NCBI RefSeq assembly: GCF_009914755.1
Contig: NC_060926.1
Strand: one strand, 5' to 3'
DNA length: 64,000 bases
DNA from: the human T2T-CHM13v2.0 reference genome, Homo sapiens
Part shown: positions 1 to 13,385 of the stretch, piece after piece
How the letters are laid out: each line of letters begins with the position of its first letter
How positions within the stretch are numbered: the first letter of the stretch is position 1
Translations under genes and position numbers: made by a program
Notes under the pieces: model-generated
What the model was told of the DNA's origin: nothing
Databases searched by the model: none
What the model saw: only the letters and a program-made list of their open reading frames with translations

Positions 1-559
1 GAGGGGAAATGGGCAAAGGGTAAATTTAGCAATTAGACTTAAAGTCAGTGGAGAATTAAGTGGAATAATCTATTCTTACATCCATGTATTTTGGTTTTAA
101 AATTTTGATTAATATTCACTCAACACTAATTTCTAACAAAATAGAATATTTTCTTATTGTCTGTTTCCACCACTGAGCTTGTAATATATATCCACTAGTA
201 ATTTTAGTAGATCATAACCCCTCCAAAGGAGCCCATAGAATAAACTTATTTTTGAACAGTCACATTTTCTCCAATGAACTTTTTTATTTTCAAGTTTGAA
301 AAGCTTTAGACATACAGAAAAGTAGAGTGAATAATGGAGACCGTAGCCAGGACTCAGATTTAGAAAAATAGGTTTAATCTGTTGTTATATGGCATTTGTG
401 TCATACATTTGACTCATTTTTATAAAATGAAATCTAGAATTTATAAAATGTTGATTGAAAGGATTAGGAGTAAAGTTTAACCTGATGTTTATTTCTCCAA
501 ATCTCTTTGTTCTATGTTAACAGGTCAGGACAACTATGGATGTGAAGGATGGGAGAGGG

Positions 560-875
560 GCCTCCTTCCGCATGAGGTCCCCAGAGGTATTTGTCTCCAT
601 CTAGAAACTGAGGGGCATTTGTCTCCATCCAGGACTTGGGGGGCCTCCTTCTCCATCCAGGACTGGGGTGTGTCCTTCTGCATCCAGGACAGGGGGACAT
701 CCTTCTCCATCCATGATTCAGAGTTCATCCTTCTCTATCCAGGAGAGGGGTTCATCCTTCTCCATCTAGGACTTGAGGGACATCCTTCTCCATCCAGGAC
801 TGAGAGGCATCCTTCTCCTTGCAGTACCTGAGGGACATCCTTCTCCATTCAGGACCTGAGGATGTCCTTCTCTGT
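560..875. repeat. Degenerate ~27-28 bp minisatellite (CATCCTTCTCCATCCAGGACTGAGGGA-like), ~11 copies
   Basis: TCCTTCTCCATCCAGGAC-like core recurs at ~27-28 bp spacing; explains the ORFs at 512-831. Confidence 0.85.
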
Positions 876-1849
876 ACTCCCTTGGGACTGCACCCTTTCC
901 TGTGCCATCCTTCAGAATGCTAGGCTGTCGCTGGTTGTGGATTGAACTCTAGCATCTTATCTCTATTCTAGGTGAATCCCTTCACATTTATAGTGATTTA
1001 CCATTTAATCACTGTGCCATTTTCCCCAAAATATGTGGGGTTTGGGGTTTGGTTTTTGTTCTTACTTCTATTAATTCTTCGGTTCCCACCTCCAGTTGTT
1101 TTGTAATTTCTTTTACAACCTAATATGGTCCCATTTGGTAAGTATTACCATGTACTAGAAAATAATGTATATTCAGTATTTGTTGTGATTTTTAAACCTT
1201 TAATAAACTCATAAGATTTTTGTCTATTTTCCATTTAAATTGAGAAGTACGATCCCAATGTTCCTCTCTCGATCTGCTCCCGTTAGTCTCCATGTGTGTC
1301 CTGGAGGTGAGGTCAGCATTGGACTTAACCCTGTGTCACCTCCTTGGTTCTACTGCTCACCTGTGGCATCCATCCTGCTGTTTATTATTTTTTCCTTAAA
1401 TTGTATTTGAACTATTAATTTTGCTACAGCAACTTGCTTTCTGTGAATATTTACTCAGTAGTTTCATTTCCATTCTTTTTTGCCCTTAATTTGAAAGTGC
1501 TGCTTTGCTATTGATAATTTTGTATTTTAATATGTGAGGTTAATTCCTCTGTGTTTGGTAGGAAAAAGTGATACATTTGAACTTATTTCTATTATGTGAT
1601 TTTGGATTTTGGATTTGCAAAACTTTATCCTTGATTCTCTTTTCCTTTCTCCAGACTTATTTTCAACTGACATTTCCTTTTCCATTTCCTTCTTATGCTG
1701 ATTTGTAGGTTTTCCAGCCTATTTACCGTTCTTTAGTGTCCTACATTTTAAAATAATTCTTAAATTATCGACTAATAATTTTAAGCATATTGGATTTGCG
1801 GTTTTCTCCCAGTGCTCTAGTTATAATCTCTTCTATCTTGTCATTTTAT

Positions 1850-2930
1850 TCTTGTTATTTTTCTATTAATTCTTGAGATATAGGTATTAGAATTGTCAAA
1901 TTGTGAATTTAAGCATTTACCCTTTAAATTTGGTTATTTTTGCTTCATATATTTTGTTATTTTGTATCAGGTGCATGCATGCTTATGATCATTAGGTTTT
2001 CTAAGCAAGTGGACTCATTAATATAAAATGTCCTTCTCTGTCCCTGGCGATGCTGGTCCTTCCTGTCGTCTGTCTCATCTGCCATCCATACACCTGTGCA
2101 GCCTCCTGATAACAAGTATTTCTGTGGTATACATTTGTCCATCTTTTCAGCTTGAATCTATTTGTATCTTTATCTTGAAAGAATGTTTCTTTGTAAAAGC
2201 ATATCGAGGCTTGCTTTTTACCTGCATTGACAGTCTCTTTTTCACTGGCAGTGTTCAGTCAGTGCAGATCTGCTATTCCTGTGGTTGGGTTTAAGTCAGC
2301 ACCTGAACCTGTTATTTCCTCTGTTCCGCTTTCCTGGTCTTCTGGATTATTGTAGTTTTGCTTTGTCTGTTTGTTTGTTTAATAAGAGTTTTTGGGTTGT
2401 CTTTTTAGTATGGATTTTGTACCTTGTTTTTTTTTAACTATGACTTCTTGTTTTATTTATTTTCAGTGAGTCATTTAGAAATTAAAATATAAATACTTAA
2501 AGTCTCATATTAAATAAAGATCATAACATTTTATACAAATATAAAATCCTTACTGCACCCTCCTCTCAGCTTCTGTACCATGTTGTCAGTGAGGTTTCTT
2601 CTGCATATGTTGTAATTTCCAGAGGATGTCATTAAAACAGTAATTTTCCCTCCACCATTTATTGTTTTTGGCACTCTTTAATCTTTTTTGTGAACTAGAA
2701 TTTCCAATTGTTATCATTTTTCTTCATCCTGTTTGCATTTATTGTGGTTTGGGTGTGAGGACCACACAATCTCTCAGCCTTTGTTTAACTGAAAATGTAC
2801 TTTTCTCAACTTCAGTTCTAAAGGCTACTTCAGCAGGTTCAGAATTCCAAGGAAACCTACTTTCAACAGTGTGAGGTCTGTACCCCGTAGTGCTCTGGGC
2901 ACCGTCGTCTCTGATGAGGTGGCTGTAGCG
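1850..2930 (-). mobile_element. Old L1M fragment (ORF2 endonuclease region to ORF1 3' end, antisense)
   Basis: TTTTGCTTCATATATTTTG...AATGTCCTTCTCTGTCCCTGG and TCTCTCAGCCTTTGTTTAACTGAAAATGT...TCTCTGATGAG resemble antisense L1M consensus (recalled). Confidence 0.7.
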
Positions 2931-2934
2931 GGAG

Positions 2935-3498
2935 ACCTGGACCCTGTGGGGCTGCTGCATGGGGGGACACCCACGGTTCACCTGGACCCGACGGGGCTGC
3001 AGTGTGGGGGGACACCCACAGTTCACCTGGGCCCTGTGGGGCTGCCGCGTAGCGGGGGGACACCCACGGTTCACCTGGACCCTGCGAGGCTGCAGCGTGG
3101 GGGGACACCCACCATTCACCTGGACCCTGCGGGGCTGCAGCATGGGGGAGACACCCACTGTTCACCTGGACCCTGCGGGGCTGCAGCATGGGGGAGACAC
3201 CCACTGTTCACCTGGGCCCTGTGGGGCTGTGGAGGGACACCCACCGTTCACCTGGGCCCTGCGGGGCTGTGGGGGGACACCCACCGTTCACCTGGGCCTG
3301 CAGGGCTGTGGGGGGACACCCACCGTTCACCTGGACCCTGCGGGACTGTGGGGGACACCCACCATTCACCTGGGCCTGCGGGGCTGTGGGGGGACACCCA
3401 CTGTTCACCTGGGCCTGCGGGGCTGTCGGGGGACACCCACTGTTCACCTGGACCCTGTGGGGCTGCCGCATTGGGAGAGACCCCCACCATTCTCCTGG
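2935..3498. repeat. GC-rich VNTR, ~13 copies of GGGGGGACACCCACCGTTCACCTGGRCCCTGCGGGGCTG(CAGCA)T; 45-48 bp units at 5' end, 39-40 bp units at 3' end
   Basis: GACACCC anchors at ~2966, 3011, 3059, 3104, 3150, 3196, 3236, 3276, 3315, 3354, 3393, 3432. Confidence 0.95.
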
Positions 3499-3741
3499 TG
3501 TCTGTGCTGCTTCCAGACCTGTGCCTCAGTCAGCCGGGTGTGGAGTGGCCAGGTCGCACATCAGCTGCAGGCACAGCCAGTTCATGGGTAGACAGCCACA
3601 TCCTGCCCCAGGAGGAGGGCAGCCAGCATGGGCGATGCAAGCTCCCCTCGTCTGGAACCAGCACAACCTCAGGCACTCGAGCCTTGGCCCCTCACAAGCA
3701 ACGTCCTCAATGGGTGGCGTTCGTTCATCTTGGAGGCATAG

Positions 3742-3975
3742 CTGGGACCCCAGGTGCTGCGGGACCCCAATTATGGTGAAATCCCGGGCACCATAGGCCC
3801 CCAGGCACAGAGAAATCCCAGGCATAGCGGGACCCCAGGTATGGTGAAATCCCAGGCACAGCGGGACCCCAGGCACAGAGAAATCCCAGGCATAGCGGGA
3901 CCCCAGGTATGGTGAAATCCCAGGCACTGCGGGCCCCCAGGCACAGTGAAATCCCAGGCACGTTGAGTCCCAGGT
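3742..3975. repeat. 17-bp monomer minisatellite (CCCAGGCACAGCGGGAC / CCCAGGCACAGAGAAAT) with 68-bp higher-order unit
   Basis: A four-monomer block at 3800 is repeated near-identically at 3868. Confidence 0.9.
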
Positions 3976-6900
3976 CACACTGTGCGTGGCTCCCGCGGGT
4001 TTTGCATGCACGGGGCTTGCTCACTCTTTCTTGCTGGCTGAGCTTTTCCCAGCCTTATCTTTCCATGACCCCAACATGCCAGGCAGGCCACGTGTGTTGA
4101 CTCCAGGACTCAGACATGGTTGCTAACACTCACCCTCTTCCTCACAGTCTAGATGGGAGGCTGCCCTCAGTGTCAGTGACCTGTCCCTCTCTGAGAGCCA
4201 GATTGCAAAGGCAGCAGCCCAGACAAGGGCCATTGCGACCAAAATGAGAAAGAAAAGCTCTTGCTGTTGCTCACTCTTCTGTTCTAGGGACAGGAGCTGC
4301 CCGGCTGGCTCCACCCCGGAACACAGGACCTGCCTCCAAGCTCCTTCGAGGTTGGGATCTGTGAGCAAACATAAAAACCGATCATCACAATAATTGCCAC
4401 ATCACAGAAGACTGTTGCATCCATGAATGCCTTTAATCCCCAGTCCGCTGGCCACGAAGCGGATTAGGAGAGAGAGGTTTAGTCCCAGACCTGCCTCATT
4501 AAAAACATCTCCTTTCTACCATGAGGACTTTCACCTGTACATGCAAGAGGTTATTATATACAGATTAAGAATTAACACAGTCTCTGTTTTCAGTTTTTAT
4601 TATCTCCTTTGTTTTCTTCATTCACTACGCTCCAAAAATTTTGGAGGTCAGAAAAAGGAAAGGTGGGAAGGAGGTGAAGGAGAGAGCGGACATGTTTTTC
4701 CTCTGCACGAAATCCTGCGGTTGCACCTGAGATTGTCCCTTGGTTTTTAGTTAACAAAATCCCTACCCCTATTTCTTACCTTCTTAAGAAATCCCCAAGC
4801 TTATAATCTACCCAACCCACACTGAATCTGGGGATATCTCTGGGACTAAGCATACCACCTCTGTCTGGAAATGCATTCCCAGCTGCAAGCTTTTCCGTGG
4901 GGTGCACCTGCGCCTGGCACACCATGTTGTTTTTGTGCCAAAAACATGGGATGGAGTTTTCCTTGAAGATACAGCTGCTGGAAACTCAGACTCCAACTCC
5001 AAGCCCAGTTCCATGCACCATCCAGCATCCCCACCAACCAGGGTGAGCTGGGGCCTGGCGCCGCGTGGGGCCGGGGAGGAAGAATGGGAGCTGGGGGACA
5101 CAGGGCAGTCCCGTCAGTATCAACGTACCTGATATAAGTATTATATTTAACCGTACCCCTCCTCCTCCTGCACCTCCTTCTAGGGAACTGGGGTCTGGGT
5201 GCCCGGCTCAGACCCGGACACAGTGGAGGCCGCCGCAAATGTCCTCTTGGAGGCAGCAAAGAAGAGCCAGAACCAGACAGGAGCTTCTGGTTAAGTCATG
5301 TGGGAAACCAGCAGGAAAAACTGCTGCACCGTGGGTGCAGGCCATGTTCGTGGGCCGTGGCCGAGCCAAGGACAGTGGCAAAGTGTGAGCCGCTGGGGAG
5401 GCTGCAGAGGGGGCTGTGTGTGAGGATAGGGGGTGGCCGGCACCAGGGACACCTCCGGGCTAGTGGAGCAGGGCGGCCACATGGGAATGCAGGACTCACT
5501 GGTGTCAGGAAGGAGCAGCCAACATCCAGCAAAGCCAAGTGCACTCATCAGCCACTCTCACTCTCTGCTGTGTCTTGTCTGTGTGTCTGTACACACTATC
5601 CCACAACCAGCTCTTCATGCTTGCTCATTCACTCTCAAAGCATCGGTGACTCTAGTATAATCCTTGGGTCCTGCAGGGTTTAATTTTTGCAAGTAAGAAG
5701 GTAAATGGCTGCTTCACCCTCAGCTGTTTTCTCTTTCCTTGCTCTTGTAAAACAGTGTTCCTCTGACATGAGCGTTCCCTGTTCTCCAGTCACTCATCGT
5801 CCAGGCCCTGAGTGAGAACATAGCTGCTCCCAGCTCTTGGGGTCCTCGGGGTCACCTGAGGCAGTGGGAGCTCGTCCTTCTAATGCCCCATTTTCCAGAT
5901 GAGGAAACCTGCCCATGGCTGCTCTCCATGGCAGTGCGTAGCCCTGGGACCCACAAACCCCAAACCCCATGATCGCATAGATGATTGTTAATAAGAACCT
6001 TAAAGATAAAAGTTAGATAGAAAAAAGTTCTAAGGAATTTCCTAGGGTCAAGTAAGGTTCTAATGAGACTTAACACCACCCATCTCAATCCACATCTGCC
6101 ACAACCTACACCAAGTGTGTCTGTGGGGTGCAGATGAACCCCCGGGATTTATGAACACACTGTCATCATGTACTGGCCTTGCCTATCTTGACCAGGGAAG
6201 CAGAAATATCAGTAGAGCTTCTGTATAATCCACACAACTCTTGCAAGGAGGCCGGACTCCTGCCATCCCCCGTCATGAAAAGGTTGCATTCAGAATGTGC
6301 AGGAAAAGTCACCAGACCATTGCTGACCCCAACTGGCAGTTCCCAAACACCCAGCACTCTTTCTGTTGCTAAAAGTCACTGAAGCCTTGTGCCGAATTAA
6401 AAGGCATGAGTGAAAAATAAAACTCAAGTCCTCAGATGAGATCTCTACTAATAAGCGTAAGTGACACACAGACCATTGAATTTCGATAACGATCGTTGAT
6501 GGGAAGTCATTTCAGATGCATCTGTCTGAGCTCTCCTTTCCTTATCTGTGGTGTTTCAGGCTGGTCAAGGGTCCTGCCTCAGGCAGCTGCCCGATGAGGC
6601 CCCCGCTGGAAGGGGAGGTCTGAGTGCTCGTCGCCACGGCCCCTCAACACAAGAACACCCATAGTTTCTAAACATTGCCTTTAAAACAGCTCCGCACAGA
6701 ACAGAATCAGCCATATCTGTGAGGGACAAACTCTACCATTAAATCCCTGGCCAAGGGAAGACCTGCTGAGGTGATCTACTGTTCTAAGTAGCGAACAGAT
6801 CTAAGGAGGCAAATGAAATCATTGCTGCTCTGAAAGAACCTGCAGGCTGGTTAGGAATTTAACTTGTGCACTCAGTTACCATATGAGTGAAATACAGCAT

Positions 6901-7583
6901 GCATGTGCTCCGAAAGCATACAGGGGCCTGTGGGAGCTAAGATGATCTCTTCTTAGGAAGACGAGTCAGTAGCTCATGGTGTGTAGCATCCAGCTGGGCT
7001 GGAAGGGTCCTGTGTCTGCAAGGGAGAGTCCAGGGTAAAGGCTGCTGTTCCTGCCCTGTGACACCTGTCTCTGTCTCTGTGAAGCCTATGCTTCTCTGAT
7101 ATTTTTGTTTTTCATGGATGAAATGTAGCTAATGGTAGTCCCTACTTAACGCAGACGATTGAAGGGGTACATTCATTGATGTTTTTAAAATATGTAGTAC
7201 AGAGTACAATTTATAAAAAGGACACGGAAAATTAGGTTTAGAGAAGGAATGCATCAGGCTGAAGCAGAACCACGTGGTGGACAGCCTCGTGCACCTGACG
7301 GGGCTTGAGCACTTTAGACTCGAAAATGTTCTTGAGAAAACATGCATGGCAGCACAAGAAGCCTAAGAAGATCGTGAGGCGGAGGAAGAGGAGTGACACT
7401 GTGGAACTGCAGACTTGAAGCTTTGTTTAATTCACGAGATGGTGCTGGAGACCAACGCCCAGAGTGGGCAGGAGGCACAGAAGCCCCTGAGAAAGGAGCT
7501 GCCAGCTGTCAACTCCAGCCTGGCTGCCTTTCCGGAAGGCTCCTCCACTCTCACGGCTGACACAGATGACCTCAGCTGATATA

Positions 7584-7692
7584 GATGACCTTGGCTGGTC
7601 ACCACACTCCACGGTGACAGGGATGACCCTGGCTGGTCACCACACTCCACGGTGACACGGGTGACCTTGGCTGGTCACCACACTCCATGGGA
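7584..7692. repeat. 38-bp tandem repeat, ~3 copies (GATGACCTTGGCTGGTCACCACACTCCACGGTGACAGG)
   Basis: Direct repeats starting at ~7584, 7622 and 7660. Confidence 0.9.
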
Positions 7693-9549
7693 CACCTCTG
7701 GCCAGGGTTTGCAGGGATGTTTAGAGACAGCGAAGTTTTAAGGAGAAATCAGGGTTTGGTTTCCATCATTCTCTCTACCAATTGTTGGGGCTTCGCCTGA
7801 TGCACGCTATATGGTTGATAACGTGTTCTTAAGAAACAAGGAAGATAGAAGCTCTCAGAGTCTTGTACTGAGAAGACTATTGAAGGAACCTGCTTGTGTT
7901 GCTTTTAAGTGAAGGAAACTTGAGGAGCCAACGAGGGGTGTCCATAGTCAGAGCTGGAACAGTTGTTTACAAATACATGAAAGGCTGCCAGGTAGAAGAG
8001 GATTAAACCCAAGAGCGAGAGAGGAGAGGCACCCAGTGTTAGTTCAGAGCTGTTTAGGGTGTTGGTGAGGCCTCAAGAGGGTGAGAGGAAGCTGGGTGTT
8101 CACAAGAAGAGAGGATACAGGGCCGATCTGCACGGGGCCGCTGGCCGGGTCCCTGTCCGTCCTGGTAACGCTATAAACTACCAACATGGACAAGTTCCAG
8201 CATATACGGAAGGTAATCTTTAGAAATATGAAAGTAGAAAATGCCAAAAAAGAAAACATGACAATTTTCCCTCACAGTCACCCCTGATAAGAATCACGTT
8301 TCTAACAACATATATATTTACATAAGCCACCAGAGCGGAGCATGTGGCCTGGAAAATGCTTTTTTAAGGAAACACATTCACTGGGATTAGTTGCGTGGGG
8401 GTTTAGGAATATAGCCTCTGGGCTGAAAATTTGATCTCCAGTAAATCTCCCTGGTGCTTGTAACTCACTTCTTGCTTTGGGTTCTGACGCAATTTTCATA
8501 TTCTATAGCGTAGCTGATTGAATGTGTAAACACCTATGTCGATGATCTTAACAAAAATCACGGCAAGGGGAGCTGTAAGTCCTGCACTTTCTCACATCTG
8601 ATGGGTCCGTGGGACAGTCACAAGAGAGAGAGGAACGTGCCTCCGTTTTGCCCACATTCGGGGCTGAGGCCGAGGCTGCCCCACCCCGCTGTTTTCTCAG
8701 CCTCCCCTTGCATGTTTCCTGCGTGCTGAGCAATTCCATGATTCATAGACTTGTGCTGCATCTGGGCGGCCAGCATGACTGGAGGCCAAATGCAGTTTCT
8801 TTCCTTCAGAAATGGAAAACAGGAGCTGGCTCAAGATCATGTTCTTCGAGACGGAAGACCGCTGGACAGACTTTGATACTCAGATGCTGTGAATAGCTCT
8901 ATGGACAACATCATCGTAATTGAAAGCAGATTCGGGCTGAGCACCACGGTATTATCTTACCGCCGCCCCAGCTTTCCCACCCTTAAGACGTGTGCCTCTG
9001 CCAAAGCGGGCGACATCTTCCTCTTCAGCACATCCAGTGCTCTCCTCCCACGTTAGGAGCTCGTCCTGAAGTCCAGCAGCTGCTCAGCCTGCCAGCCCAG
9101 AGCCTCCCCTGGCCTCTGCTCTGACTCTGAAATCAACTCTGAACCCCTGCTTTCACCTAGGCTTAGTTCCACCTGCAAGGCACATGCACCTTTCTTCCTT
9201 GCAGACTTGTGAACACCCCTGGACTTGGTGGGTTTGGGCGGTCTGCCCACAGTCACCTGGCTTTTTCTAAGGGGTCTGGGATGTTGCCTGCAAAGTGGTC
9301 AGTTTGTCTCCTTGTCTAGTTTAAAGCCTGTGGCCACATTGTGCACATAGCTGGCATCTCGTGCACACATCTGAACTGCTGTTTCTCGAACAACAGGAAT
9401 TCACCCAAACAGTTGTTGTGTTTTAGCTGTAACCTAAACAAATAATATATTATTTGCAAAGCAGAGAAGAATCTGTCTCCACAACAGAGGCCAGTGCTTA
9501 ACTTCACTTGGGAATAGTTAGAGAAAGCCTGTGCTGAGAAAAGAGTGGG

Positions 9550-9740
9550 GATTGGAATCAGAAGATGTAGCCTCTGGCTCTGGCATTGCCATCACTGTCT
9601 AAGTCACCAGAGCAGGGTGTGATTCGAAGTTCAGCTTTGGTTCCTGTAAAGCAGGAATAATGACCTGACTGCACAAAGCTGTTTTGAGCTTTAAGTGAAA
9701 TAGTATCTGTTATCTGATGTGCAATGTGTGATATTGCTGC
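9550..9740 (+). mobile_element. MIR fragment
   Basis: GGAATCAGAAGA...CAGCTTTGGTTCCTGTAAAGCAGGAATAATGACC resembles the MIR core. Confidence 0.5.
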
Positions 9741-10717
9741 TTTTTACAAAACTAAACACATAGAGAAAATGCAGTCTCATAAGCATCCTATGTTTTCCAC
9801 ACAGTAACTTAGAAAATGAACGTGTCAAAGTTTTTCCATTATTATTAACTGTGTCCTAGAGCATTGAGCTTCTTCTAGCCTGTAGGGAGCATTGACCTAA
9901 ACAGTAATGTCAAAAGATAAATATAAATTCAGAACAACAGATAAAGCTATTCATGGCATAATAGATCTTCCTAGGCACCAAGAATAATGACACAAAATCT
10001 TCATTTTATTTTCGTCTGGTGTTAAGTTTTAGTAAAGTCAGAACAGGATGCAGCCCATGGTCTACGATGGGCTTATGCCCACTTATGTGCCACAGACCCC
10101 GTCTCTTGTACACTTTGACACCACAATGCTCCCTACATTTCCAGTTTTCTTGATTCTAATGGCAAAATGTGTGTGGTGTGAGGAGAGTAGACAGAGGAAA
10201 GAAGAACGGCTGTGCAGATGATATCAGCAGCCTCTGCAGGCCGTTTAGTTGTGAGAAATTAAGTTAAAAGGTATATCCATTTAGCCAAAAGCAGTATGCA
10301 TTTATTGGCCACTGTGGGTCCTGTCCAGCCTCAGGATACCAGGTTTCCTGTTCCCAGCCTCCCACAGCCAGCCAAGAATTATCCAATCTACCCAATTGTT
10401 TCATTAAGGCAGTTCTAAAGTGACAGTAGTTTGGAGCCTATTCATGATTTATTTTGCAAAATAAAAATCTCCATTTTTCTGCAGATCTGTGCCAGAAGTA
10501 AATAACTGTACTGTTTTTAGACACCGGGCAAGAGCTTTTAGAAGGCAGCTCATCCGCTGCTGAGGCATAGGTGGCCAGTGGGCAGGGTGGTCCCGTGGCA
10601 TCCTCTTTCCAGTTACTCAGCCACTGGCTTCCATAGCAAACCTTTTCATGTTTGCTCGCTTGTTTTTTGCATGATTGTTTGCTAAAGATTATCTTGTTAA
10701 AATACAAATATATTTTG

Positions 10718-10778
10718 ACTTCCAAACTTATTCTACAAGGTCAGTATTACCGTGATACAAAAACCAAAGATACAGCAA

Positions 10779-10809
<31 letters not shown>

Positions 10810-13385
10810 AAGAAGAAGAAGAAGAAGAAGAAGAGAAAAAAAAAATAAAACAGGACAATGTATCCAATGAACATTGATGCAAAAATCCTCAACAAAATAG
10901 TATCTAACCAAATTCAGCAGCATATCAAAAAGGTCATTCATCAGGATTGAGTGGGATTTATCCCTGGGATGCAAGGATGGCTCAACATACACAAATCAAT
11001 CAACGTGATACATCATATCAATAGAATAAAGGACAAAAACCATATGATCATTTCAACTGATGCTGAGAAAGCATTTGATAAAATTCAACACTCCATGACA
11101 AAAAAACCCTCAAAAAACTGGAGACGGCATGAACATACCTCAGTACAACAAAAGCCATATGTAGTATAGCCACAGCTAGTCTTGAATGGGAAAACCTGGA
11201 AGCCTTCTCTAAGATCTTGAACATGACAAGGATACCCACTTTCACCACTGTTACTCAACACAGCCCTGGAAGTCCTCGCTAGAGCAATCAGACAAGAGAA
11301 AAAAAAAAAACAAAGGGCACCTCAATTGGAAAGGAAGAAGTCAATTTATTCTTGTTTGCAGATGATAAAGAAAATCCTAAAGGCTCCATCAAAAAACTAT
11401 TAGAACTGAGAAACAAATTTAGTAAAGTCACAGAACAAAAAATAAACATACAAAAATCAGTACCATTTCTATATGCCAACAGCAAATAATATCAAAAAGA
11501 AAGTAATCCCATTTACAATAGCTACAAATAAAATAAAATACCTGGAAATAAAGTTAACCAAAGAAATGAAAGATCTTTACAATGAAAATGACAAAACATT
11601 GATACAAGAAATTGAAGGGAACACACAAAAAAAGAGAAAATATTTTATGTTCATGGATTGGAAGAATGTTGTTAAAACATCTATACTACCCAAAGCAATC
11701 TACAGATCCAATGCAATCCCTATCTAAATACCAGTGACATTCTTCTCAGAAATAGAAAAAAATCCTAAAATTTATCCAAAGCTATCTTGGGCACAAAGGA
11801 CAAAACTGAAGGAATCACATTATCTGAGTTCAAAGTATATTTCAGAGTTATAATAACTAAAACAGCATGGTACTGCCATAAAAACAGACACATAGACCAA
11901 TGGAACAGAATAGAGAGCCAAGAAACAAATCCACAACCTACAGGAAACCAATTTTGACAAGGATGCCAAGAACATACACTGGGGAAAAGACAGTCTCTTT
12001 AATAAATGGTGCTTGGAAAACTGAATATCCATATGCAGAAGAATGAAACCCTAAACCCTTCTCTTTTGCCATATACAAAAATCAAATCAAAATGGATTAA
12101 AGACTTAAATCCAAGATCTCAAACTATGAAACTACTAAAATAAAACACTGGGAAAACTCTCTAGGACATTAGTCTGGACAAAGTTTTATTTATCCATACC
12201 CCACAAACACAGGCAACCAAAGCAAAAATGGAAAATGGGATCACATCAAGTTAAAAAGCTTCTGCACAGCAAAGGAAACAATCAACAAAGTGAAGAGACA
12301 GCCCACAAAATAGGAGAAAATATTTGCAAACTATCCATTTGACAAGGAATTAATATCCAGAATATATAAGAAGCTCAAACAACTCAATAGGAAAAAAATC
12401 TAATAATACAGTTAAAACTGGGCAAAAGATCTGAATAGACATTTCTCAAAAGAAGACATACAAATGGCAAACAGTCATATGAAAATGTGCTAAATGTCAT
12501 TGATCCTCAGAGAAATGTAAACCAAAACTACAATGAGACATCATCTCACTCCAGTTAAAACGAGTTTTATTTAAGAGACAGTCAATAGGAAAGCTGGCAA
12601 GCATGTGGAGGAAAGGGAACCCTTCTACAGTGGTGGGAATGTACATTAGTACAACCACTATGGAGAACAGTTTGGAAGTTTCTCAAAACACTAGACATAG
12701 AGCTACCATATGATCCAGCAATTCCACTGCTGGGTATATACCCCAAAGTGAATCAGTCTGTTGAAGAGATCTCTGCACTCCCATGTTTGTTGCAGCACTG
12801 TTCACAATAGCCAAGATTTGGAAGCAACCTAAGTGTCCACTAACAGACGAATGGGTAAAAATATGGTACATGTACACAATGGAGTACTATTCAGTCACAA
12901 AAAAGGAGGAGATCCTGTCATTTGCAACGTGGATGGAACTGGAGGTCATGATGTTAAGTGAAAAAAGCCAGGCACAGAGAGACAAACTTACATGTTCTTA
13001 TTCATCTGTGGAAGCTAAATTTTGAACCCATGAAGATAGAGAATAGAATGATGCTTACCAGAGGCTGGGAAGGGTAGTGGGTGGTTGGGGGAATGTGGGA
13101 TGGTTAATGGATCAAAAATAGAGTAGATAGAATGAATAAGACCTAGTACTTGATAGCACAACAGGGTGACTACAATCAGCAATAATTTGTAGCACATTTA
13201 AAAATAACTAAAAGAGAGGAATTGGAATGTCCCTGACACAAAGAAGTGATCAATGCCTGAGGCGATGGACACTCCATTTACCCTGATGTGATTATTACAC
13301 ATTGTATGTCTGTATCAAAATAGCTCATGCACCCCATAAATGGATACCCCTACTGTGTGCCCATAAAGATTAAAAATTAAAATGG
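10718..13385 (+). mobile_element. 5'-truncated L1MA (L1MA2-4-like): decayed ORF2 RT/C-terminal part plus 3' UTR
   Basis: Peptides [46 protein letters not shown] and MFVAALFTIAKIWKQPKCP; L1MA-type 3' UTR (GATAGCACAACAGGGTGACTAC...CCCTGATGTGATTATTACACATTG); many stops and frameshifts. Confidence 0.95.
10780..10833 (+). repeat. Pure (AAG)18 trinucleotide microsatellite
   Basis: 54 bp of uninterrupted AAG inside an A-rich tract of the L1. Confidence 0.98.

Noticed and set aside
2739-3796. 302-, 210- and 202-aa repetitive ORFs
   Set aside because: Readthrough of a GC-rich VNTR; units are often not multiples of three and several frames are open.
10951-13025. RT-like peptides as an active retroelement or gene
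   Set aside because: Fragments of a 5'-truncated, multiply disrupted L1MA ORF2.
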